Part shown: positions 47,521 through 56,286 of the stretch, in pieces
Layout: the number at the start of each line of letters is the position of its first letter
How positions within the stretch are numbered: the stretch's first letter is position 1
Source of the DNA: a virus
Lineage: Duplodnaviria; Caudoviricetes
Length of the DNA stretch: 60,863 nt
Strand: one strand, 5' to 3'
IMG/VR virus record: IMGVR_UViG_3300032333_000288
Coordinates: 1 to 60,863 of that record
Position numbers and translations under genes: made by a program
Notes under the pieces: generated by a model
The model's input: only the letters and a program-made list of their open reading frames with translations
Databases searched by the model: none
Told to the model about the DNA's origin: nothing

Positions 47521-49629
47521 TCACTTGCTGTAGTTGAAGGCGTGTCCACCCTCGGAAGACAGCGGGAGGTCTTTGCACCAGTCGAGCGGTACGGTCATGC
47601 GCTTGAGCATCTTGGCCGACGCAGACGACGCCTGAGCCTTCTTGACGCAGGCCACCATCTCGTCGTGCGTGGTCATCACCATGCGCATCGACTTGCTGAG
47701 GTCGAGCATCTGGTACATGACGATGATGCGGGCCAGGGCCTGCACGATGTTCTCGCAGAGGAGACCGCCGTAGATTTTCTTGCGGATGGGCTGGCCCTTC
47801 AGCGTCGAGGCGTAGGTCCACTCGTCCCACCCCTTGTCGCCGACGACCTTTCTCAGGTCGGGGTAATGCAGCCGCATGCCGTTCGGCAACCAGATGCAGT
47901 CTTTCTCCCAGTTCAGTGGGCCGTGGCTGCCTTCGCGGCCAGCAGCCATGTCTTCGATGATGTTGTTGCAGATGTCCCAGCCCTTGGCGATCTTGTCGTT
48001 CTTGCGGCGGTAGGTCTGCACCCAGCGCTTCGCTTCTTCGAGCGTGATGAAGATGGGCGGGCCACCGAGCGCACCCTTCGCCAGGGTGATCTGGAGCTTG
48101 GTTGGCCCCATCTGGAAGCCGAGGCCGAGGGTCAGCACTTTGCCGACGAAGCGCTCAGTCTTGTCGTCCTTGGTGATCGTGCGCCCATAGATGAGCGAGG
48201 CCATCAGGCAGTATGGGTCGGCGCCGGTCTTCGCGTCGCTGGCCTTGAACGCAGCCAGGATGTCGTTCTGCTTCCAGAGCCATGCGTTGACCCGTGCCTC
48301 GATTTGGCCTGAGTCACCGACGGCCAGCTCGTAGCCAGGTGGGGCTTCGATGGACTCGCGCAGGGCGCCGCCACGCTTGAGGTTCTGCAGGTTCCGTTTG
48401 TCGCCGCCGCCCAGCCGGTGCGTGTGCGCGCGGCTGTAGGCGTAGTAGGCGGGCAGAGTGCCATGCTTCGCTGAGGTCAGCATGCGCTCGGCGCGGGTGA
48501 TGTTCGTCGTGCTCTTGACGGCAATACGGGTGTCCACGAGCAGGCGCAGACGCTCGGACTTTGCTGTCATCTGCTTGATGCCCTCCGTGGTGTTCACGTC
48601 GGGCACAGCCGTCCAGCGCGTGGTGTCGTCAGGCAGGTTGACGAACTCCACGTCATCCTTGGCAAAGGCATAGGCCCATTTGCCGTCTTCGTCAGCCTCA
48701 CGCGCAGCTTTGTCCTTCTTCATCCAGGCTGGGCTGAGCTTGACCGGCGGGTCCACGCCTTCTGCGATCAGCAGATCGGCGAAGCGGTTCGTGCTGCCCA
48801 CGATGCGCTTGACGATCAGAATGTCGCGCTCCTTGCCTTCGAGTGCGCGTTCGACCTTTGTCTTGAGCACGGTCTTGTCGGTGTAGAACGGCTTCGGGTC
48901 GAGCACGGAGAGGAAGAGGGTCTCGCGTTCGGCCAGCTCGCGCGCCAGCTCGGCTTCGACGCGGGCCACGTTCACACGCAGGACCGGCTCGCAGAACATG
49001 CGGACCAGCACGTCGATGAGGTCGATCTCTTCGCTGGGCAGCGCGTAGACCATCTCTTGGAATACGCGCAGAGTCTCGTCGCCGTCGTTCAGGCAGTACG
49101 TCGAGGCTTCGGCATAAAGGGCCGGCGACCAAACGAGAATGCCTTTGGTCTTTTCGAGTACGTCGTGAATCTTGCCTGCTCCGCCGTAGAAGACTGAGAC
49201 CTCATCCAGGCCGGCGCCGATTTCGTTGGAGTGGATGCCGCGGGCCATGGACAGAGTGTCGTAATAGAAACTCGGAACCACACCGTAGTGGTGGCTGAGA
49301 ATGAGGCCGTCGAATTGGGTGTGGTGGCAGAGCAGGCCATGGGTGCCCCAGTTGATCTTGCGGAGTTCGGCTTTGATCTTGTTCGGCGGGATGATGCGGG
49401 CCGGCTTCAGGCCGACCTTCAGATACATCATCTGCGCCTTGAAGCGCGGGTCGCGGACGTATTCGGAAGTGGACAGTTTGGAAAGCGTGTAGTCCTGGTC
49501 GTAGTAGGTTTCTATGTCTACTACAACGAGTCTGTTCCAATCAACTTCTTTGGCTTGAAATGCAGGGCGGGCAAAATCCGGAGCGATGCGGCTAGTGACC
49601 TTACGAAGAGTGTTTTGCCAAGCGTTCAT
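47521..49629 (-). CDS. polA: Family A DNA polymerase with 3'-5' exonuclease domain
   Basis: Exo I VDIETYY; NLQNL; motif A DSGQIEAR; motif B RFVGKVLTLGLGF; ENIVQALAR; motif C HDE. Confidence 0.95.
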   Translation of the reverse strand: MNAWQNTLRKVTSRIAPDFARPAFQAKEVDWNRLVVVDIETYYDQDYTLSKLSTSEYVRDPRFKAQMMYLKVGLKPARIIPPNKIKAELRKINWGTHGLLCHHTQFDGLILSHHYGVVPSFYYDTLSMARGIHSNEIGAGLDEVSVFYGGAGKIHDVLEKTKGILVWSPALYAEASTYCLNDGDETLRVFQEMVYALPSEEIDLIDVLVRMFCEPVLRVNVARVEAELARELAERETLFLSVLDPKPFYTDKTVLKTKVERALEGKERDILIVKRIVGSTNRFADLLIAEGVDPPVKLSPAWMKKDKAAREADEDGKWAYAFAKDDVEFVNLPDDTTRWTAVPDVNTTEGIKQMTAKSERLRLLVDTRIAVKSTTNITRAERMLTSAKHGTLPAYYAYSRAHTHRLGGGDKRNLQNLKRGGALRESIEAPPGYELAVGDSGQIEARVNAWLWKQNDILAAFKASDAKTGADPYCLMASLIYGRTITKDDKTERFVGKVLTLGLGFQMGPTKLQITLAKGALGGPPIFITLEEAKRWVQTYRRKNDKIAKGWDICNNIIEDMAAGREGSHGPLNWEKDCIWLPNGMRLHYPDLRKVVGDKGWDEWTYASTLKGQPIRKKIYGGLLCENIVQALARIIVMYQMLDLSKSMRMVMTTHDEMVACVKKAQASSASAKMLKRMTVPLDWCKDLPLSSEGGHAFNYSK

Positions 49630-50054
49630 GTTTTGTTTCGTGAATTGGGCGTAAAGACTGCGTCGTACGTCAGTGTGTTTCGCCTGTGTCGCCAGAGGCG
49701 ATGGTGTAGAGTCGTCGGCAGAATTCGTAGCTTTTCGGCCCACTCCCAAGTCTTGAGCGTCTGCCCTCGGTATGTAATGTTTAGGGTGTAGTTGCGGTTT
49801 CGAGATTGAGTTCGTTTGTCGGCCCAGCGGCAGTTGTTTCTTGAGTAGCTGCGTTTGTTGTCGCGACGATCTAAAGTTGTTCCGTCAGGACGAAGACCCA
49901 TTGACGCTACAAAACCTTCATAGGTAAGCCACGATGAGGGAACAGTGATTCCTCTTGCACCGTAATAGGCAAAGTCTGTCGCGTTCGGGTTGAGGCAGCG
50001 GTTTTTCATCATCTGCCAAGACCGATAAGTAGGCTGATGTACGTTCTTCTTCAC
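49626..50054 (-). CDS. Free-standing HNH homing endonuclease
   Basis: SWQMMKNRC.NP...YYGARGI...TLDRRDN...YSRNNCRWA; lower GC than neighbours. Confidence 0.85.
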   Translation of the reverse strand: MKKNVHQPTYRSWQMMKNRCLNPNATDFAYYGARGITVPSSWLTYEGFVASMGLRPDGTTLDRRDNKRSYSRNNCRWADKRTQSRNRNYTLNITYRGQTLKTWEWAEKLRILPTTLHHRLWRHRRNTLTYDAVFTPNSRNKT

Positions 50055-51457
50055 ACCGCTGCCTCCTTCGCCGGGCGTTTGATCCTGTACGCCCCGGCAG
50101 TCAATGTCTCGAACATGCCGAGCAGGTTCGCCATGCGAGCGCCCTTGCCCATGCAGTTTGTGTAGGCCCAAGCGTCGGCCTCGCAGTCCTCGGCCAGGAT
50201 GACGATGGTCTCGGTCTTCTGCGTCTGGCCAATGCGGCGCTGGCGTGAGGATGCCTGAATGAACAGGGCGGTGTCGTGCGTGGGCGAGGACCAGATCGTC
50301 GAGGTGCCACGGGTCAGAGTCTGCCCGTGGCCGACAGTTTTCGGGTGAGCGAACAGGGCGTCGAACTCGCCGTTCTGGTAGCGCTGCACGTAGGCTAGGC
50401 GGTCAGCGTCGCTGGTGCCGCCGTCGAAGACTGCGTACTTCAGGCCGCGCTTGTCGACTTCAGCGACGAGCAGATCACGCTGGTGCTTCCACATGAACAA
50501 CACGAGCGGATGTACACGCTGTTCGACCAGGTCGAGGATCATCTCGTAGCGCCCAGTGTCGATGACATGGTACTGGTCAGGCGACGAGTAGACCGCACCG
50601 CTGGCGACTTGGAGTAGCTTTGTGGCCACAGCAGCAGCGTTGATGGCGGTGATGCCACCAGCCTTGCCCAGGTTCAAGAGCTGGGTCGCGGCCATCTCTT
50701 CATAGGCTCGGCGCTGAGTTGCCGACATCGTGTAGCTCAGCGTGTACTGGTGGTTCTCAGGGATGTCGGCGCAGTCGTCGAGCCGGTGGCGAATCGTGAT
50801 GTCGGAGAGCAGGCTGAACACTGCTTCTTCGGCACCGTCCTTGTCCTGCCACTCGATCATCTTCGAGCCGTGGCCGACCTGGACGGGCGTGCACACGGAC
50901 TGACGGAAGGGGAAGTACAGCTTGCCCAGGCGAGCGCCGCCATCGAGCAGCAGGGCCTGGTGCCATACGTCTATGATCGTGCGGCTGTTGGGCGTCGCAG
51001 TCATTGCGGCGCGGTAAGTGAAGTGCTTGACGATCTTGAAGATGGCTTTCGAGCGCTGGCTGTTGTAGTGCTTGAAGGCGTCGCTCTCATCCATGATGAT
51101 CTCGCTGAAGCGGGCGAAGAACGCCTTCGGCTGCTTGGCGAGCCAGTTCACGGCATCATGGTTCGTGATGTAGGCGTCGGCCTTCGTGGCGAACGCCTCG
51201 GCGCGGTTGTTGGCGTTAGCGACGACGGTCTTCAGGCCAGGGGCGAACTTCTTGAAGTCCGCGGCCCACACGGAGCGCAACGTGGAGCGGATGCCGATGA
51301 CGAGGGCACAGCCACCGCCTTTCTTGCGGCGTTTCTCGAAGGCCCAGATGCGCACAGCAGTCTTGCCTGTGCCGGCGTCGCTCATGTCGAAGACGATGGG
51401 CGTCTTGTCGTTGTGCTTGAGGCTGACGACCTGGTGCTTGAATGGCTTGTAGATCAT
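50051..51457 (-). CDS. SNF2-family helicase
   Basis: GTGKT, IMDESD, MTATP, GHGQTL, QASSRQRRIGQ. Confidence 0.9.
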   Translation of the reverse strand: MIYKPFKHQVVSLKHNDKTPIVFDMSDAGTGKTAVRIWAFEKRRKKGGGCALVIGIRSTLRSVWAADFKKFAPGLKTVVANANNRAEAFATKADAYITNHDAVNWLAKQPKAFFARFSEIIMDESDAFKHYNSQRSKAIFKIVKHFTYRAAMTATPNSRTIIDVWHQALLLDGGARLGKLYFPFRQSVCTPVQVGHGSKMIEWQDKDGAEEAVFSLLSDITIRHRLDDCADIPENHQYTLSYTMSATQRRAYEEMAATQLLNLGKAGGITAINAAAVATKLLQVASGAVYSSPDQYHVIDTGRYEMILDLVEQRVHPLVLFMWKHQRDLLVAEVDKRGLKYAVFDGGTSDADRLAYVQRYQNGEFDALFAHPKTVGHGQTLTRGTSTIWSSPTHDTALFIQASSRQRRIGQTQKTETIVILAEDCEADAWAYTNCMGKGARMANLLGMFETLTAGAYRIKRPAKEAAV

Positions 51458-51744
51458 GGCTTGAAGGTAAGGGCGCGGTTGAGGCGATAGACCCAGTCTT
51501 TCGCCCAGATGTCTTTCTCGATCTGTTCGATGAATTCGAGAGGAAAGCCGTACATCTGGGCGATGCGGCTCAGAGACAACTTGCAGCAGCGGATGTGTGC
51601 CTCAATGGCGGGCGTGTCTCGGATGCGTCGCACCGTGTAATCGGTTTGGTTGGATACGTCGTCGCGTTTTGCTCGACGAGCAGTGAGGTTCAACGGGGCC
51701 TGCGCACGTGAGCCGCCGGCACCATGAAACACGTACGACTTCAT
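51454..51744 (-). CDS. Hypothetical protein with possible HTH
   Basis: LSLSRIAQMYGFPLEFIEQI. Confidence 0.5.
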   Translation of the reverse strand: MKSYVFHGAGGSRAQAPLNLTARRAKRDDVSNQTDYTVRRIRDTPAIEAHIRCCKLSLSRIAQMYGFPLEFIEQIEKDIWAKDWVYRLNRALTFKP

Positions 51745-51995
51745 GAGGTGATCCTCTCGGTGACGCGTTGAAGCTGGTACGCATCGATCAGCTTCTGGCA
51801 GGCAGCGTCAGGGTCGTCGAGACCAGTGTTCATCTTCAGCCAGGCAAGTTCACTTGCCTGGATGCCTTCATGGTTGTGGAGGCGAATGAGCAGGCTGGCG
51901 GCGAAGCCGCCTGCATAGGCGACGAACTGATCAGACTGCTCGACCTCGACGAAGTCTTTGGTGACGCCGGCCTCGTTCTCGCCCCAGACACTCAT
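51741..51995 (-). CDS. Hypothetical protein
   Basis: GGAG RBS; ATGA overlaps at both ends. Confidence 0.6.
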   Translation of the reverse strand: MSVWGENEAGVTKDFVEVEQSDQFVAYAGGFAASLLIRLHNHEGIQASELAWLKMNTGLDDPDAACQKLIDAYQLQRVTERITS

Positions 51996-52696
51996 CGCTG
52001 CACTCCGACCTGGCATTGCCCCCCGTTCCACGGCCCGTACTGGCACCACTTGCACGAGTACACGTTCGGGTTGGGCGGGAAGTCGGTGCAGTCGGTGACC
52101 GCGTGACCGCGGCGGTCGAAATTCGGCTTGAAGCGCAGAATTTGCGCGCGGGTGAAGGTAGCAGAGGTCAGCTCCTTCACGTCGAGATACCACAGCTCGG
52201 TGGTGACCTCTTCGATCTCGGGGTAGCGCAGCACGGCGTTGAGGGCGTAGAGCTGGGTCTGCTCAGCGTGTTTGACCTCGTTGCCGAAGCGCTTGCCTGA
52301 CTTGTAGTCGATGACGATGGCTGAGTGCTTGTTGGGCAGCACGATGGCGTCCACCTTCGAGCGGTGCCAGCCGGTGCGCCAGTCCGTTGGCATCCAGTCC
52401 CGGTCTACGGCCCATTCGCCTTCGAGGCTGACGATGCCGGAAGGGTAGAGGCGGCGGAGGTGGTCGAACTCCTGGGCGAACTCGCGCATCTCAGGGATCT
52501 GGGCATCTACCTTGCCGGTGACGTAGTCTTCAGCGTGCTGGTGGATGCGGGTGCCGCGGTCGTTGGCGTGCTCGGTCTGACCAGGCTTGAGGGGGCGTTC
52601 AGGTTCGGGGATTTTCTGGTCGTGCTTGAGCCAGGCCAGGAACTTGCACTTCTCGAAGTCGCCGAGCTTCGAGTGACTCCAGCTTGAGATGGTCAT
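51992..52696 (-). CDS. Cas4/RecB-like PD-(D/E)XK exonuclease
   Basis: WSHS...C, GTRIH, KVD...IDYKSG, QTQLY, C-terminal CKWC...C. Confidence 0.9.
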   Translation of the reverse strand: MTISSWSHSKLGDFEKCKFLAWLKHDQKIPEPERPLKPGQTEHANDRGTRIHQHAEDYVTGKVDAQIPEMREFAQEFDHLRRLYPSGIVSLEGEWAVDRDWMPTDWRTGWHRSKVDAIVLPNKHSAIVIDYKSGKRFGNEVKHAEQTQLYALNAVLRYPEIEEVTTELWYLDVKELTSATFTRAQILRFKPNFDRRGHAVTDCTDFPPNPNVYSCKWCQYGPWNGGQCQVGVQR

Positions 52697-52713
52697 GATC
52701 GCCTTGTGTTGTT

Positions 52714-52735
52714 GGATCGAACTACGATCTTAGAT
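52714..52735 (-). promoter_or_regulatory. Recurrent motif copy
   Basis: The - strand reads atctaagatcgtagttcgatcc. Confidence 0.45.
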
Positions 52736-53395
52736 CAGAGCGCCCGACTCTTCAAATTCGTAGGTGCTGTCTGAGAAGAATTCGTCGATGTGCTCGTCGG
52801 AGGTGAGGTAGTCGTTCTCAGCTTTGAGCTGGGAGTAGATCCAGTCGGCGAAGGCGCGCATGAGGCGAGTGAGTTCTGCGTCGTCCTTGATGTCTGGGCT
52901 GACACCATCTTCTTCGTCGACGTACGTGACATCGACATCCATCGTGTGTGAATGATAATATCCAGAACCACCAAGTTTGATGGTTGCTTCGAGCAGTCGC
53001 CCATGTTTGAGTCGGGTTGAGACTTGAAGCAGAGCGAGCTGTTCGGCGATTCGATGAAGTTCGCTATCTGTGACGAACTCGTTAGCGATTTGATCGACAG
53101 CTTCGGACCCAGATCTGGGCGAGTACCGCCCTTCAAACGAAGCACCGTCGCCCTGGCTACAAAAACCACTGAAGTAGATGCGGGGGTCAAGACGAACATT
53201 GCCGTTTCGTAGCGTGACGGGCTTGGTGTCGATGGTGATGCCGAGCACCTCTGCTGCTTCAACCGCTTGCTCATAGACAGCATCCCACCAGTCGTAATGG
53301 AGGTCGTGGTCTCGGTACGCGTCGCGTGCGCGTTCCTTCGCCTTGTCACTCGGCTCGTCGAACTTGTAGACCGTGCGCTCGATGATGCAGGGCAT
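52730..53395 (-). CDS. Acidic phage hypothetical protein
   Basis: VYKFDE.SD.AKE...IYFSGFCSQGDGASF...WIY..L..E.DY pattern; AGGAG RBS. Confidence 0.75.
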   Translation of the reverse strand: MPCIIERTVYKFDEPSDKAKERARDAYRDHDLHYDWWDAVYEQAVEAAEVLGITIDTKPVTLRNGNVRLDPRIYFSGFCSQGDGASFEGRYSPRSGSEAVDQIANEFVTDSELHRIAEQLALLQVSTRLKHGRLLEATIKLGGSGYYHSHTMDVDVTYVDEEDGVSPDIKDDAELTRLMRAFADWIYSQLKAENDYLTSDEHIDEFFSDSTYEFEESGALI

Positions 53396-53403
53396 GGCTC
53401 CTC

Positions 53404-54510
53404 CTACACGTCAATCTTGATCGTTTCGCCAAAGGGCGCGACCACGTCGGTGGTCATCACCCACATGACGGGGTAAGGTGGTGGCTCCTTCGGGAATGGT
53501 CCCTCACCGTCGGTGAGGTAGATGAAGCAGGCCGGCTTGAGGTCGTTCTTCTTGACGTACTCGAACGGCGGGCGGAAGTCCGTACCGCCACGACCAGGCA
53601 TCTTGAATTCGGGCACCTGGTACTCGTCGTACGTGTCCACCTTCTGCACGCGCGCGTCGCAGTAGATGTTGACCATCTCTTGCGGCTTGGCCATCAGCTT
53701 GATGGCGTTAATCTCGCTACCGAAGGCGTCGAGCTGGAACTGATCGACGGAGCCGCTGGTGTCGATGCTGTTGATGATGCGGCCCATGGCCTCGTTGTGC
53801 AGGCTCGGCAGGTAGTAGCCGAAGGGCACCATGCGGCGTTGTGGCCGGCTCCAGGAGAAGTCGGTCTTCGCGTGCAGCATGGCGAAGCGGCGCAAGCGCT
53901 CGCGCCAGTTCAGTTTGCCGCTGGTCAGCTTCTCGACGAAGCTGGTCATCGAGCCGGGCAGTTTGCCCTGCTTCTTCGCCTCGGTCGCAGCCTGAATGCC
54001 GGCGATCTTCCACTCGACAGCATTCGCTTCAATGGCCGAAGGGTCGCCGGGCTTGAGTGAATCGAGCGCGCCTTGACCCTTACCATTCTTCGCGCCGCCG
54101 CCGGGCGGCATGTCAGGCAGCAAGGTGTAGATGTGATCGGCGGACATGCCATCGAAAGCCTGGTCGTAGAGCCAGGTCTCGCCGATCTTCATGCCGTCGT
54201 TCTTGATGTTCGCGTTGACGACGTAGTCGATGGCGTGATTCCACTTGTCGGGATCGCGCGGGCCGCAGCGGTCGATGTGATCGAGCAGTGCATGCTGGAC
54301 TTCGTGGCAGACCGCCGACATCTGGAGTTCTTCGTCGAGTTCGAGGAAGAACGTGGGGTTGTAGTAGATGGTCGTATTGCTCACGCACAGCGTCTTGATT
54401 GACGGGTCCTCTTCAATCGCCAGGCGCAGGGCCAGGATGCCGTAGAACGGCTGGTCGATGTAGAGCGCCGTGCGGGCACGAATCATCGCAGTGTGAGCAG
54501 CCTTGTTCAC
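53404..54510 (-). CDS. DUF2201-type metallopeptidase plus vWA domain protein
   Basis: HEVQH zincin motif, WNHAIDYVVN, MIDAS DTSGS, GGTDF, LTDG. Confidence 0.9.
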   Translation of the reverse strand: MNKAAHTAMIRARTALYIDQPFYGILALRLAIEEDPSIKTLCVSNTTIYYNPTFFLELDEELQMSAVCHEVQHALLDHIDRCGPRDPDKWNHAIDYVVNANIKNDGMKIGETWLYDQAFDGMSADHIYTLLPDMPPGGGAKNGKGQGALDSLKPGDPSAIEANAVEWKIAGIQAATEAKKQGKLPGSMTSFVEKLTSGKLNWRERLRRFAMLHAKTDFSWSRPQRRMVPFGYYLPSLHNEAMGRIINSIDTSGSVDQFQLDAFGSEINAIKLMAKPQEMVNIYCDARVQKVDTYDEYQVPEFKMPGRGGTDFRPPFEYVKKNDLKPACFIYLTDGEGPFPKEPPPYPVMWVMTTDVVAPFGETIKIDV

Positions 54511-55340
54511 TGGTATGCCTTCATCTTGGCCAGGATGGCGTCCGCGGCGTCTGCGGTCTTGGTGCGGGTCTGGGCGTTGGCGCGCAGCGCGTTCGGGCTG
54601 GGCAGCATGGCGTCCAGTTCTTGGCGCAGCTCTTCGAGGATCGGATCGCCGGTGAGGTTGAGTGCTGGCAGGCAGGCCACCAGGTCACGAGCATTCGTGA
54701 TCAGGGTGTCGAAGATGCGCGGATCTTCCTTGCGCAGCGTAGTGCTGATGTGGCCGACGACATCCTGCACGCGCGTGTAGCACTCACGCATAGCCGCTTG
54801 GAACTTGGCGTCGTTCTCGGCAGTGAGTTGTTCACGGATCAGCGCTGTGGCCTCGTCGCCTACGTTGACGCGGAAGTCGTCGGCGCTGGGGATGGGCTTG
54901 AGGCTGATGCGGATGTCGAACTTGTCCGCGATCTGAGCGACCGTCGGGAAGTCCTTGGGGTTGTAGAGCGTGCCCAGGCGCTTCGGCGCAGCAGCCAGAA
55001 GCTGCGGATAGAGCGCGACGAAGTCCTTGCGAAGCTTCTCGTCGGCCAGGCGCATGTGCTTGATGCCTGACGTGTACTCCTGGTACAGGGCTGACGGCAG
55101 GAGCCGGTCGCTGTTGTTATCCCACGGCAAGGTCAGCTTGTTGTGGAACGCGCGCATGGCGCTCGCGCTGGCCGTGAGCGGCTTGAGGTGGGCACGGTCC
55201 ACGAGGGTCTTGCGGAAGTCGCCGCTGTCGCTCGTGGCGTTGTGGGCTTGGGTCACTTCACGAGTGACCTTGCTGTCGATGCGCTGTGCTGTCCACCGGG
55301 AGATGGACAGATTGGCGAGCATGGCTTTGTTTTGCAGCAT
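54507..55340 (-). CDS. Helical partner of the AAA/vWA pair (DUF3150-like)
   Basis: Position in the operon, TLPW...RLLP motif, AAGGAG RBS. Confidence 0.65.
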   Translation of the reverse strand: MLQNKAMLANLSISRWTAQRIDSKVTREVTQAHNATSDSGDFRKTLVDRAHLKPLTASASAMRAFHNKLTLPWDNNSDRLLPSALYQEYTSGIKHMRLADEKLRKDFVALYPQLLAAAPKRLGTLYNPKDFPTVAQIADKFDIRISLKPIPSADDFRVNVGDEATALIREQLTAENDAKFQAAMRECYTRVQDVVGHISTTLRKEDPRIFDTLITNARDLVACLPALNLTGDPILEELRQELDAMLPSPNALRANAQTRTKTADAADAILAKMKAYQ

Positions 55341-55356
55341 GTGGACTCCTTATTGG

Positions 55357-55619
55357 GTGCGGTCTCTCCCGCCGTCACACGAAATTTCTTGTGCTGTTGC
55401 TTGACGTAAGGGTTGGCTACCTTCTCGCCTCACACTGGTGAATCGTGTATTACCGCTGCTAGGGTGGGCGAACTGCACAGTGCTGGGGAGCGGTCCTACC
55501 GACTCACTGTCACGGCACCCGTTGTTAAGGGATGCTGGAGATTCGTTCCGGCTTCAGCCAGACTCGCCCCTACGTGCTCAGGTCTTCGATCCGCTATAGC
55601 AGGGTGTGCAGTTCACCCA
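55357..55619 (-). ncRNA. Candidate structured RNA
   Basis: 15-bp closing stem (55605-55619 with 55465-55479) plus nested hairpins. The stem mismatches are G-U pairs only on the - strand. Confidence 0.55.
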
Positions 55620-55625
55620 TTGAAC

Positions 55626-56231
55626 TTAATTTCGTTGCGCTCCGACTGGAGTGAGACAAGCGTCTTTGATTGACCAGCCCATCCTCAGACGAGTGATGAT
55701 TAGCGTGTCGCAGCCACCAAGTTCCCGTGTCCAATCGATCATCAGTTGTGTGCGTCCGCCGGCGGTGAGCTTGCGGTTGTGGCGAGTATTGCGATGCTGT
55801 TCGAGGGGCGTAGCCCAGTAGCAGTTGGCTGGGCTGTAGTCCTTGTTGTTGTTCCGTCGGTCAATAGACGTATTCGGCGGACGCTCTCCCATGTCGTGAA
55901 GGAACAATTCAAAGTCATCCCACCGTTTGCAGACCTTGATGCCACGTCCACCGTAGTGTTTGAAGTCTTTTGACCGTGGGTTGTTGCAACGATCACGCAT
56001 GTTCGTCCACACCCTGTGCAGTGGCGAGCCAGTCAGACCATGTGTACGGCGGATGCAGCCGCACGAAGTTACTGCTCCTGTTCGCAGGCTTTTGCTATCA
56101 GTCGTTTTGAACTTGAAGCAACTGCAAAGACAGATCCAAGATACTCGGCCGTTGTAATGAGGGGCCTGGGCCACAACGGTTAGACGGCCGAAAGTCTCGC
56201 CTACGAGATGGACGGGGTCAGACATATGCAC
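55626..56231 (-). CDS. HNH homing endonuclease
   Basis: FGRLTV...WICLCSC...SCGC, WTNMRDRC, YGGRGIKVC, SIDRRNN...YSPANCYWAT; lower GC. Confidence 0.85.
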   Translation of the reverse strand: MHMSDPVHLVGETFGRLTVVAQAPHYNGRVSWICLCSCFKFKTTDSKSLRTGAVTSCGCIRRTHGLTGSPLHRVWTNMRDRCNNPRSKDFKHYGGRGIKVCKRWDDFELFLHDMGERPPNTSIDRRNNNKDYSPANCYWATPLEQHRNTRHNRKLTAGGRTQLMIDWTRELGGCDTLIITRLRMGWSIKDACLTPVGAQRN

Positions 56232-56278
56232 CTCTAAGTTAGAGCTTAGAGTGTAAGACAGAAAAGGTAGGAGCGCAA
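56232..56278 (-). promoter_or_regulatory. Sigma70-like promoter with the recurrent motif over the start site
   Basis: TTGCGC-N17-TACACT followed directly by ctaagctctaacttagag. Confidence 0.65.
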
Positions 56279-56286
56279 ACCCCCAA

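Noticed and set aside
51992-52696. Cas4-like nuclease as a sign of a CRISPR system
   Set aside because: No repeat-spacer array or other cas genes were seen. Stand-alone Cas4-like exonucleases are normal in phage replication modules.
55413-55673. 86-aa + strand ORF across the RNA candidate
   Set aside because: Opposite to all neighbours, TTG start without a clear RBS, and no motif.
55341-56231. Group I intron containing the HNH gene
   Set aside because: The flanking genes look complete, with their own start and stop codons, and I could not identify the P7 core. Kept only as an unclassified RNA candidate.
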